Assembly (NCBI GenBank): GCA_021432655.1
Contig: MU271288.1
Coordinates: 62,001 to 106,355, forward strand
Reading direction: 5' to 3'
Source of the DNA: Atractiella rhizophila
Taxonomy: Eukaryota
Length of the DNA: 44,355 nt
This document shows positions 1 to 10,009 of the stretch, piece by piece. Numbering within the stretch: the first letter of the stretch is position 1; each line of letters begins with the position of its first letter. The position numbers and the translations under genes are program-made. A model generated the notes under the pieces. It saw only the letters and a program-made list of their open reading frames with translations. It searched no databases and was not told where the DNA came from.

Positions 1-1819
1 CATGATTTATGTCCTGATCACTTGCTCCACCCTCATCGTCACTATTCCATGATGTCCCTTTGGCAGGCATGGTTTTGTGTTCGGGTTTCATCGTGGGGTA
101 GGTGTACTGATGGTAGTGGAGGAGGTCACGGAAGTGTGGGTTCTCCGTCAGTTGAAAGGGCTGATCCGTCGCAACGAAGAAGTTGACAAGGAGTTCATCA
201 AACTTCAGTTGGTCAAACGCCTATAACAAAGCAAGTGAAAAAGAATCTAATAAAGATGAGCTGTGCTCACCTGATCGCCGAAACGCGCTGCCATGCCTTG
301 TAGCTGATCTAAGATATCTAGCTGTTGCCCTGAGTTTTTCACATCGCCATCGGTTATCTATTTATGAATAACTAGCCTGTGGAGGAAGTTGAAAGAAGAC
401 GAACGGGAATCTCATTTGATGCTTTCTTCTCTTCGTTTTCCGAGATGGGTACCTTGTCCTCACACTTCTTCCTCAGCAACTTGAAAAGAGGACCAGTGCT
501 CTTGAAGTGACGTGGCGATCTGGTGAGATGGTCCTCAAGGTGTGTGAGCTTTCGGTTGCTGCTTCTCGTAACTCGATTCGTCCAGCGACAGTGATTGCAC
601 TTGAAGTAAACGGTCCCGTCTTTGTGCCCATGCTGCACATCAGCATGTGCGTCTGACTTCGGGATTATCGCGTAGAAAAGCCCGACAGGGTTTCTTCTCT
701 TCGAAGTTGCCTAGAGAAGCATTACCACTGCCACAGAACACAAAAATATCAGCTTACTTGTGTTGATTCCAGGGTTGAAAGGAATGAATTACAATGAAGT
801 TATAATGGCTTTTTATACCTTAAGGAACTCGGCAAAATGAGGGAAACGGCAAAGGGGAAAGAAAACTAGAGCCACAAATGACAGTGGCACGAATGCAGCT
901 TAAAACGGTGCCAAACTCTGACAACTTGTTACTGCCTTGGCTCGGTGTCTGCCACAACTGCCTCACGCACGAGTAGATCGAAGGTCGAAACAGGTACGTG
1001 GTTGCCGGCAGAGCTCTGCACACAGAATTAGTTAAGTCGAAGAGCACAACCAAAGAACTTTGCTCTTGTTTGCTTCTTGCCTTTCGGATCCAATTTTTTA
1101 TTCTGCTCCAACGACTCCACTAACTCAGGCCCATCGATATCCATTCCTAATGGATCTTCCTCATCCTCCCACAAAGCACTACTCTCATCCTTTGAAGGAT
1201 CATAGTCAATCTCTACCTCAGCATCATCAACGAGACCTTTGGCAGCAAGGGCTGTGTGGATTTTTGAGGCAATGGCACAGATGGAGGCTTTTCGCACGTT
1301 AAGGAGATAGCCTGGTACGGAGGATTCGTCAACTTGCAGGAGTTTCAGCCAGAGCACTCGGAACACAACGAGCCCTTGTTTCCCGCCAATGTCGGCAAGA
1401 GTCGGGTTCCAGAGAGAGAATGCACGATGAATGGGTTCCTCGTTGTCCTCGGCAAGCGATGCAACCTCCTGAATAAGATGTTGACAAGTGAGAAAGAGCG
1501 AAGCAGCCTCCTGGACCATTATTTAGTGAAAGCTAATGCAGTTGATGACGGACAGACATACATAATTCGGGTCAGGTTGGAAATTGTGCGAAGCTGCCAG
1601 CAAGATCTTAAGCTCAATGTAACCCGGTATCTTTTGGTGTCTGTGTGCAATTTCAATCAACAAGCGTCCATTGTAAGCAGAGAAGACCCACTCAGACTCC
1701 TCATCCTCTCGCTTCTTGGACTGGCTAAGTGCAGTCCCATCCTCTTTGTTCCTCTTCGCAATATCCACTGAAGTCCTTGACCTTTTTCCTAGCCCGAGAA
1801 AACTGTCCAGTGTTGCCAT
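1..1819 (-). pseudogene. hAT-superfamily transposase-like gene (multi-exon, runs off the left edge) with long unknown N-terminal domain and BED-type zinc finger; interrupted by a solo LTR
   Basis: Exon 1 (1819-1562) splices in frame across a 51-nt GT..AG intron to the 1028-1519 ORF. BED-like YFKCNHC...HLEDH at 372-638. Exon at ~220-1 reads FDELLVNFFVATDQPFQLTENPHFRDLL, typical of the hAT region before the first catalytic Asp. A hAT-like terminus lies upstream at 2139. Confidence 0.75.
761..923 (-). mobile_element. Solo LTR, short family A, copy 1 (163 bp)
   Basis: TG...CA termini; perfect 5-bp TSD ACTTG at 756-760 and 924-928; near-identical reverse complement of 4477-4640 and 22278-22442; contains a TATAAAAAG box on the minus strand. 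Confidence 0.93.
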
Positions 1820-1939
1820 GGTGGCACGACGTCAATGGGGAGAAGATAGTGAGGATTTATAAGCTGGCGGACAGCAGCCATGGGACTGAGGACTGTAAGC
1901 ACATGCAGCTGAGAGTGATGTGAACAGCTTACTATTGGT

Positions 1940-2139
1940 GCCGTTACCCCAAAAACGTGCACATGGAATCATGTATCGTATCGTAGTCGTAAAATCCACA
2001 CGCTGGCGATTCGATACGCCTTGGGAGCCGTACTTGTATCGAATCGTAAGTCATGGTCCTTTTTTGTCTTCGATCGATACACGACTGCGCCATCGGACCC
2101 GGCGTAGCTCGTACGATTCGACTCCGATAGCCAGCCCTA
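1940..2139 (-). mobile_element. 5' terminus of the hAT element carrying the 1819->1 gene
   Basis: Minus strand starts TAGGGCTGGCTATCGG at 2139, the same TAGGG start as other hAT ends in this window, followed by many subterminal TATCG/CGATA/ATCG motifs. Confidence 0.65.
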
Positions 2140-2241
2140 GAAATTCAAAACCTGGAGTTCAAGGGACGCCAGCAGGAACTCCAAAAATGAGTCTGTGGCT
2201 GCCCAGAAGAAAGTCCCAGAATTTGATGCACTAAATTGAAT

Positions 2242-2506
2242 TGTTAGAGATGTGTAAAATGTTAGTAATACTTTCTTCATGAACATTCTGGAAGTTTCTA
2301 TTTGCCACAAGCTCTCATGTATATAAACACCTGTTCTTGTGTTTCTGCTGCTCATACGTCTGCAAGAGCTCAGCCAAACGTAATACATTTGTTTGAGGTT
2401 AACAAAGAAGCAGAGAAAAACAACATGAATCCTCCGAAGACTTGAAATTAACGCAACTATGCGGGTACTCCTGTCGTGCATCCCGCCCAGGCAGCCAATA
2501 ACGACA
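2242..2506 (+). mobile_element. Degenerate LTR-like repeat related to 21359-21792
   Basis: Begins TGTTAG, ends AATAACGACA. Shares ATTCTRGAA..TTTGCCACAAG.TCTC (~2284-2316) and CATCCYGCC with 21627-21684. No TSD found. Confidence 0.4.
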
Positions 2507-2954
2507 TCATGAGGGACTTAAAAGTTTGAGTCCCTAGTCGTCATCTTATCCACTCTTTCCTGTTTGCTGACATTTGGTCCGGGCAGCTTTGGCCGCAACC
2601 ATCAGCCCTCCGCTTCGTAACCGTATCCATTTCCTTCGATCTTCCAGTTGGCATTATTTCTCAGTATACATTGAAAACAACATTAAATTCCAATGATGTA
2701 TAGAATCAAGGTGTGAAAAGAATGAATGAATGAGAAATTTTCAAAGTTGAACATGAACATACCACTAAAATCATGTAGATCAATCCTAGGCACCTTGCTC
2801 CACCCACTCCACCCCATCACCTCCCGAATCTCAAGCTCAGCCTATCCATTTTGCAAGTAACCTTGCCTTCCAGCCCATGCCGCATTCCTGGCTTCGAAGA
2901 TCTGAGGAAGTATCAACTCGAAGTAGTTGTTGAAGGCCCAGTGAGCATGAAGTA

Positions 2955-3345
2955 CAGTCAGACCCCTAAAAATGCAGGCCCTTAGTGGACCACCTAAGCT
3001 TGCATATAAAGGGTGCTTGCATACGAGCAGGGGCACCAAAAAAGGGGACTTATGGCTGGGATATTGTTGGAAAACATCGGATATCATAAGTATGTATGTT
3101 ATATAGTGTATGGAATCAACTGGAACCACAAAGCAAAAACTCACTGTTGTTTAAACAGATCAAGCTACCCATTTGACAATAAGAGCCATTCACTTTCAGG
3201 AACCACCATAAATCTTCTCCATTTCTCACAGGGAACCACATCAGTGAGGATGACGCCCCGATGAAGCTGCTTGCTTGACCCATTGGATGAGTGCTGCCTC
3301 GACCTCTGGATAGATGACAACACATCGTTTTTTCGTAGCCAAGTT
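2955..3345 (-). mobile_element. Internally deleted pogo/Tc1-mariner fragment (copy of the 11905-14062 element, right end)
   Basis: TA + CAGTCAGACCCC start is the reverse complement of 14051-14064. 2955-3122 matches 14062-13896, then 3123-3345 matches ~12457-12226, implying a ~1.4-kb internal deletion. Confidence 0.9.
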
Positions 3346-3351
3346 TTCAGA

Positions 3352-3669
3352 CTAGCCTTCTGGGGGGCGACAACAGTAAACTCCAACTTCCACCACAGCA
3401 TACTGCCTCCTAAACGCCCAAGTGCCTTCTCTGACACCTGACCTCTTCCCATCCTCTCCAACGATGTAAACCCAGACCGCCAATCCCTTCCTCTCGATTT
3501 CAATGGTCACTCTGCTGGAGATGGGTACAAGAGACCAGTCAGATGTCACCACCCCGCCAGCTGGTGTTGCAACCGTAGAGACGTTTTGACGGCCATCGTA
3601 GACTTCGATACCTGTTTTGATCCACGCTGATGTATGCGTTCCGTCAGGGAAGAGCAGCACAAGTCCGCC
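3352..3669 (-). pseudogene. DUF1349 / Ree1-like (ConA-fold) gene fragment, copy 1
   Basis: GGLVLLFP...WIKTGIEVYDG...STV...SDWSLVP...VTIEIER...VWVY...REGTWAF...VGVYCCRP matches the DUF1349 motif order I recall; the 5' exons are not evident. Confidence 0.65.
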
Positions 3670-4476
3670 CTACTCCATTCATCTTCCTCTTGCTCAATCT
3701 CGTGCCGAAGTCATCACCATTTTCTCATCAACCAAGGGTGGCATCCATCAACATGGGTTGATGAGAGCTCAGAAGCTGATAAAAGAGGAGAGCAAACAAT
3801 ATTGGAGCTGGGAAAGAACAGATTCTTAACAGGTTTGTTTCGGTCCTGCTCATGTTAACAACATCTCAACAGTGCAGGAATAAGAGTGGGCATTACATTT
3901 CAGTTAGAACGCGATGCCACCTGTCATGGATTCTAATTACCTTTTGTGCAAGGTTCAGGACACTGGCTGTTCCTTCAGAGAGCTCTCCCAACAACAAGAC
4001 GTTCCGTGGTATTATACCCCCTATCGCCGCCGAGATCACATGTTTTCACATTGCATGGGATACCCTCGAATCTCCATATAGATCGTAGGAAGCGACGATG
4101 CAATGAAGATGATGCCCATTCTTCAATACTCTATAGCCAAATCTGTCGAGAACCCAGATGGAGTCAGTCTCAATGTGTTTTCTAGCCTGTACGATGCAAG
4201 CATGATCGTGTCTACCAACATCACGAAAGACATATTGAATGTGCACAAAGCTAGGGTCATGTCCAACGTGAACAAAGAAGTGCTGCATGTTTGCTCCGCC
4301 AGAGATGTCGAATCCGGTGCATTGAAGGAGGAACTGGTCGAAATGCATATACATTCTATCAAGAGTAAACACTCACGCTAGAAATCTTTGCCCGGCTACT
4401 TGCCACTGTTTATTGGTATGCCTATCATTCTGGGCAATGAAAATAATACCGTAAACCAGAGAATTGTGAACGGTTC

Positions 4477-4640
4477 TGTCAGAGTTTGGCACCGTTTTAA
4501 GCTGCATTCGTGCCACCGTCATTTGTGGCTCTAGTTTTCTCTCCCCTTTGCCGTTTCTCTCTTTTTGCCGAGTTCCTTAAGGTATAAAAAGTCCATTATA
4601 ACTTCATTGTAATTCATTCCTTTCGACCTTGGAATCAACA
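4477..4640 (+). mobile_element. Solo LTR, short family A, copy 2 (164 bp)
   Basis: TGTCAG...TCAACA; TSD GGTTC at 4472-4476 and 4641-4645; the empty site with a single GGTTC is present in the duplicate at ~6130. Confidence 0.96.
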
Positions 4641-5009
4641 GGTTCCCCCTGTTATGTGCGGAAGATTCAGTTGAAGCAAAGCCTGCCAAAATGGTTCCAT
4701 ACGAACAGATGCATCACAACAATCTAACACTCCTGAGTGTCATGTTGCTGTTGATGTTGTCCTTGTCCAATTCCCTGCTGGCACAGTTGGGTCGGAAGGT
4801 TTACCTGGAGGATACTAACCCTTGAAACCGACATCATGGACCTTTCGTAAGCAGGTGTTCAATCCTGTTAATCGCACAGTGGAAGAGAGACGCTGTATCC
4901 GTCACCAATTAGCAATTGAGCCTGAAAGGTTACAGCACCTTTGGAGTAGACGACCGTCTGCCATCGTGGCAACATTTGATCAAAGAGCATAGTCTATAAA
5001 CGCCAGTTT

Positions 5010-5327
5010 CTAGCCTTCTGGGGGGCGACAACAGTAAACTCCAACTTCCACCACAGCATACTGCCTCCTAAACGCCCAAGTGCCTTCTCTGACACCTGAC
5101 CTCTTCCCATCCTCTCCAACGATGTAAACCCAGACCGCCAATCCCTTCCTCTCGATTTCAATGGTCACTCTGCTGGAGATGGGTACAAGAGACCAGTCAG
5201 ATGTCACCACCCCGCCAGCTGGTGTTGCAACCGTAGAGACGTTTTGACGGCCATCGTAGACTTCGATACCTGTTTTGATCCACGCTGATGTATGCGTTCC
5301 GTCAGGGAAGAGCAGCACAAGTCCGCC
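5010..5327 (-). pseudogene. DUF1349 / Ree1-like gene fragment, copy 2
   Basis: Translation identical to 3352-3660. Confidence 0.65.
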
Positions 5328-6474
5328 CTACTCCATTCATCTTCCTCTTGCTCAATCTCGTGCCGAAGTCATCACCATTTTCTCATCAACCAAGGGTGGC
5401 ATCCATCAACATGGGTTGATGAGAGCTCAGAAGCTGATAAAAGAGGAGAGCAAACAATATTGGAGCTGGGAAAGAACAGATTCTTAACAGGTTTGTTTCG
5501 GTCCTGCTCATGTTAACAACATCTCAACAGTGCAGGAATAAGAGTGGGCATTACATTTCAGTTAGAACGCGATGCCACCTGTCATGGATTCTAATTACCT
5601 TTTGTGCAAGGTTCAGGACACTGGCTGTTCCTTCAGAGAGCTCTCCCAACAACAAGACGTTCCGTGGTATTATACCCCCTATCGCCGCCGAGATCACATG
5701 TTTTCACATTGCATGGGATACCCTCGAATCTCCACATAGATCGTAGGAAGCGACGATGCAATGAAGATGATGCCCATTCTTCAATACTCTGTAGCCAAAT
5801 CTGTCGAGAACCCAGATGGAGTCAGTGCCAATGTGTTTTCTAGCCTGTACGATGCAAGCATGATCGTGTCTACCAACATCACGAAAGACATATTGAATGT
5901 GCACAAAGCTAGGGTCATGTCCAACGTGAACAAAGAAGTGCTGCATGTTTGCTCCGCCAGAGATGTCAAATCCGGTGCATTGAAGGAGGAACTGGTCGAA
6001 ATGCATATACATTCTATCAAGAGTAAACACTCACGCTAGAAATCTTTGCCCGGCTACTTGCCACTGTTTATTGGTATGCCTGTCATTCTGGGCAATGAAA
6101 ATAATACCGTAAACCAGAGAATTGTGAACGGTTCCCCCTGTTATGTGCAGAAGATTCAGTTGAAGCAAAGCCTGCCAAAATGGTTCCATACGAACAGATG
6201 CATCACAACAATCTAACACTCCTGAGTGTCATGTTGCTGTTGATGTTGTCCTTGTCCAATTCCCTGCTGGCACAGTTGGGTCGGAAGGTTTACCTGGAGG
6301 ATACTAACCCTTGAAACCGACATCATGGACCTTTCGTAAGCAGGTGTTCAATCCTGTTAATCGCACAGTGGAAGAGAGACGCTGTATCCGTCACCAATTA
6401 GCAATTGAGCCTGAAAGGTTACAGCACCTTTGGAGTAGACGACTGTCTGCCATCGTGGCAACATTTGATCAAAG
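5010..6474. repeat. Segmental duplication copy 2 (no LTR insertion)
   Basis: Matches 3352-4985 minus the LTR and one TSD. Confidence 0.97.
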
Positions 6475-6480
6475 GCTTCG
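5600..6480 (+). pseudogene. Degenerate PIF1-type helicase C-terminal half (Helitron-like); also present in duplicate copy 1 at ~3940-4985
   Basis: Reading through stops gives LPGYLPLFIGMPVILGNENNTVNQRIVNGS (PIF1 2B-region GMPV..N..NG motif), then VVLVQFP..EGLPGGY*PLKPTSWTF...RHQLAIEP, resembling fungal Helitron helicases. Confidence 0.7.
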
Positions 6481-6991
6481 TCTCCATCCTGAACATTGTT
6501 CTATAACAAACTTCGCCCTTGTCGATGTTGCCCATAGAACTGATTGGCGCTTTGTCCTGACCATCCATATGTTAGGTAGAACAGTTAGGAAACCTGAAGC
6601 GCAAGTCGTGAGCTTGAGGATTATGGACTGTGGGCAAGCAATATTAGATATCCGGAGCTGAAAATGTGATGTCAAGTACAAGATAGAACGCACGTTTGAC
6701 AAGGAACAGCAAATTTGTTGAGATATCCCACCCGTCTCCATTTCACCCATTCGGTACTTGGATCAGTGCATCTTGCTCGCACGTCGTGGCAAGGAACGGG
6801 AGAGTGGTGCTGTGGAAGAGGAATGGTATCGAAGATCCCTGAGCGATGTTTGCTCGAGGACCATCTTTAAATACAGAAAGTGTTTACCTACTGCTGTCAG
6901 TTCCTGATGTGCGTTCCATTCCCAAAACAGCGTCTCATTGTACTGTATTCTAAACTATCTCAAAAAGCCATGAAAGTTTCCAAATCAGCAC

Positions 6992-7877
6992 CAGTGCTGA
7001 GCACATTACATTATAATGTTAATCATTACTTTTTTAATGCAAAATAATGCTCTTTTAGCACAGTATAATGTAATGCCATTACTTTCAGAAAAACTTGTCT
7101 GTAAGATAATAGTAATGCATTATTTTCTAGTGATTATATCACATTATAATGGCAGTACTTTTGTTTACAAAACACTAATTGACGAAGAACAATAAAAGAA
7201 CCATGAATATAATGGAAATCAGCACATCTCAATACAACAACAGGTGGAAAACAATGTAATTATCCCACCCCCATTTGCCGAAGTCAGTCTGAATTCATCA
7301 GGAATAGAAACACCTTATACCATCTAACCCTTCAAGATCATGCTCTGTACAAGCAGCATTGCCATCATTGAGGCTCATGTGTCAGTTAGGATCCTGCGAG
7401 GGTGAGATAGTCCCCTTGAGCACTGTAAACAGATAGCAATGAGAGAACTTGTAAGTTGAAAAGTCGAAGGGCTTTTAATACGGTTGGGGGAAGTAGGAAT
7501 TCCGTAAGTCTGAAGTCCATATGACCAGCAGAAAGGTAGTTCATGGAGTGAAAGAGCATGAAACAGAAGAGATGGTTGTCAGAAGTTGAATTAACTTGAC
7601 ACAGTTGGTGTGGCTTCTTGAGGCTACTAAGCGCTGAAAACACAACCAGAAAATAAGAACAGATCCAAGCAAAACCAATGTTCTTGGATGCCTTACCATG
7701 TGATATGTAAGAAATGATTATCATGCATTACTAGGCATTAGTCCAGGATTCTGGTAATGGTAATGCCATTACTTTGTACTGCAAAGTATGGGAGAAAACA
7801 GTGCATTACAGTACATTAGAAAAGCACTACATTACATTACATTACCAGTACCTGTGATGGAAATGTGCTCAGTGCTG
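6992..7877. mobile_element. Non-autonomous hAT element (MITE, 886 bp)
   Basis: TIRs CAGTGCTGAGCACATT / CAGCACTGAGCACATT (14/16); perfect 8-bp TSD ATCAGCAC at 6984-6991 and 7878-7885; subterminal CATTAC/GTAATG repeats at both ends. Confidence 0.92.
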
Positions 7878-9239
7878 ATCAGCACCTCCCCGCTTTTCCC
7901 AAATCATCCCAATAAGTCTCATTTTTTGGTACCTTTAGGAAAAATTTGAGTCCTCCCACAAAAACTCACAACTCAGGCCCCAGAGCCCGAGCCCAATGGC
8001 TGGAATGTGGATTTTGGGGTTGAAATATGACTTTGTTGAACCGACTCAGACTTTTAGCCTAACATCAATGTTCACTTCTGCTTATACATGTGGTACCCTG
8101 TACTCAATGAATGAAACAGGCCGGCGCCTCAGACCTTATTCTTCACTTCGTGTCCTGCTGAAGTTGACAGTACATTTCCACCTTTAGCAGACACCTCCTC
8201 GGCTTCCTCCACTGCATATTGCTGTGGTTGTTGGGGAAGGATCTCCAAACAAATCGGGGAGGAGGTCATTGTCCTAAGGCGTGCGGAGTGCAAGGGGGCC
8301 CTTCAGCTCGCTTTATGAGTTGCCTTCATGGGTGGATGAAATAAGCCTAGAGAAGGCCACAGAAGGTCAAAGAAGACAGAGAATGCAAATAAGGCTAGAT
8401 AAGGCCAGACAAGGTAGACAAAGCTAGAATATCTCCCACGTTCATCGCTTGTCGTGCCCCTTGTGGCGTGAATAAGAGAGAGCTGAGCTGAGAGATGCAG
8501 TGTAACAGGACAAATCGCTCCCCTTTCTTCCTCTCCTTTAATTATTAGCCTGCTGTCCACCGCTACACTGTCCTTGCTGGTCCGTCATCAGTGAAAGTCG
8601 ATTGTTAAGAAACAGCACTATGGTTGTTAGGATTGCAGCCACCCAACAGCGACTAAGGCAGGACGTTGTCGAGATGAAAGTCCGCCGCATCTCGCATCTC
8701 GCGGACACAGCATTCTGGAATTGGATTGACGTCCACTGTCCACTCTTTTTGCTGGTTCTTCTCTCATTGGTACTTAGGGACGGATTTGCACCTGGTGTTC
8801 CTAACTTTGCGGTGTTTCTTTTGACAGCATTTGTTTCCTTATTATTCCCACGCTCCTGGATGTTCGTGTGAGATATGTGAGTCTGTTTCACGCCACATCG
8901 AGATAGACCTTAATGCATTTAGTCTTAGACTGGAAGCGTTTATTCTGATCTCCTGGAAGTCAAACCGACCGAAAAGGGACTTCCGTAACTGACGAAAAGA
9001 AAGTGCATAAGAAATAGAGAGAGCGGCCGCCGGCGCTAGGAGTCGTATTGTGCGTGTGTATCGTGTCCGGGACGTCGTGGAGGAGGCAGCGATGGAGAAC
9101 AAGCTGTGTTCCTCCTTGGTACGTTTCTTGCTTCTATCAATCCCATGTTGGTAGCTCAATAGTTTCCTTCTTCGTAGATTCATCCGGCGTCCACCGTTGA
9201 CTTACTCTCAAGCTTATAGTATAGTTATAGTTCGACGCT

Positions 9240-9443
9240 CATCCCGCCATCTCGCCCAGATGGTCGTTGTTCTCGAACTATCTTTGTGTTGTCGTTCATT
9301 CTTCATCCTGATTGTTCACTTGCTCCTTGGTCTTGTACTTTGTTACCAATTTCCTCTTTCGCCACTATTCTAGAATCCTTGTTTCATGAGTGTATAAAGT
9401 GTGTAAATAGCAAAGAAATTATTCACATCCTGAAAGAACAACA
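9240..9443 (+). mobile_element. 3' part of an LTR-like repeat related to 21359-21792
   Basis: CATCCCGCCATCTC...ATTCTAGAAT...TATAAAG..TGTAAA...AACAACA is collinear with 21627-21792. The 5' end and TSD were not identified. Confidence 0.5.
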
Positions 9444-10009
9444 GGTTACAACACAACTAAGCACCAGAGTACGAAAGATACTAGGCATCAACAAACCAAG
9501 GTACTCAAAATTTCACCATAACACAGGTATCCTCAGTCCTCCTTCTTGTCATACATCTGCACTCTTATCATCCTCATCAGACAAGGCAAGTCAAAACGCG
9601 TACACTTGTATCGATCCAAGAAGAAGACTGAAACGGAGTCAGGTGGTTGGGCGAGGGGCCGGTTTATGCGGTTTTGTTGAAAGAGCGAGTCGTCCCTTCA
9701 CCCACCGGTCGGTGTTTCCCTGCACCCATAGGTAAAAAGGGCACTATGTAGGCAAGACTTTCGTCGGTTTCGAAACAGTGTAACGAGCTCCCGTGGCTTG
9801 CTGACTCGGGAAGAAAGAGAGAGTTACTTAACCTTAACCATATGCCTCACAACTATTGTTGCCATTGTTGAAAAGTTTGTTTTGTTACTGCGCCGTCATC
9901 GCACAAAGAAATTTTCCAATTTCCTCTCATAAGAACACAGGTCAGGCTAGCGACTGAAAGGAGCCATTTCTACTCTGTAGCGTTCTTCTTGATTTTTATC
10001 CAATCTTAC

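Larger units (their letters stand above)
3352..4985. repeat. Segmental duplication copy 1 (1465 bp plus a 169-bp LTR+TSD insertion)
   Basis: Near-identical to 5010-6474; I noticed about 8 substitutions, mostly transitions. Confidence 0.97.

Noticed and set aside
820..840. rRNA gene
   Set aside because: Only ~21 nt resemble LSU rRNA and they sit inside an LTR.
5275..5330. Walker A motif (VPSGKSS) for the PIF1 remnant
   Set aside because: It is the antisense of the DUF1349-like frame and lacks GxxxxGK[ST] spacing.
8502..9450. Solo LTR bounded by TGTAAC...GTTACA
   Set aside because: Only a 6-bp inverted match, and the flanks (TGCAG/ACACA) are not a TSD.
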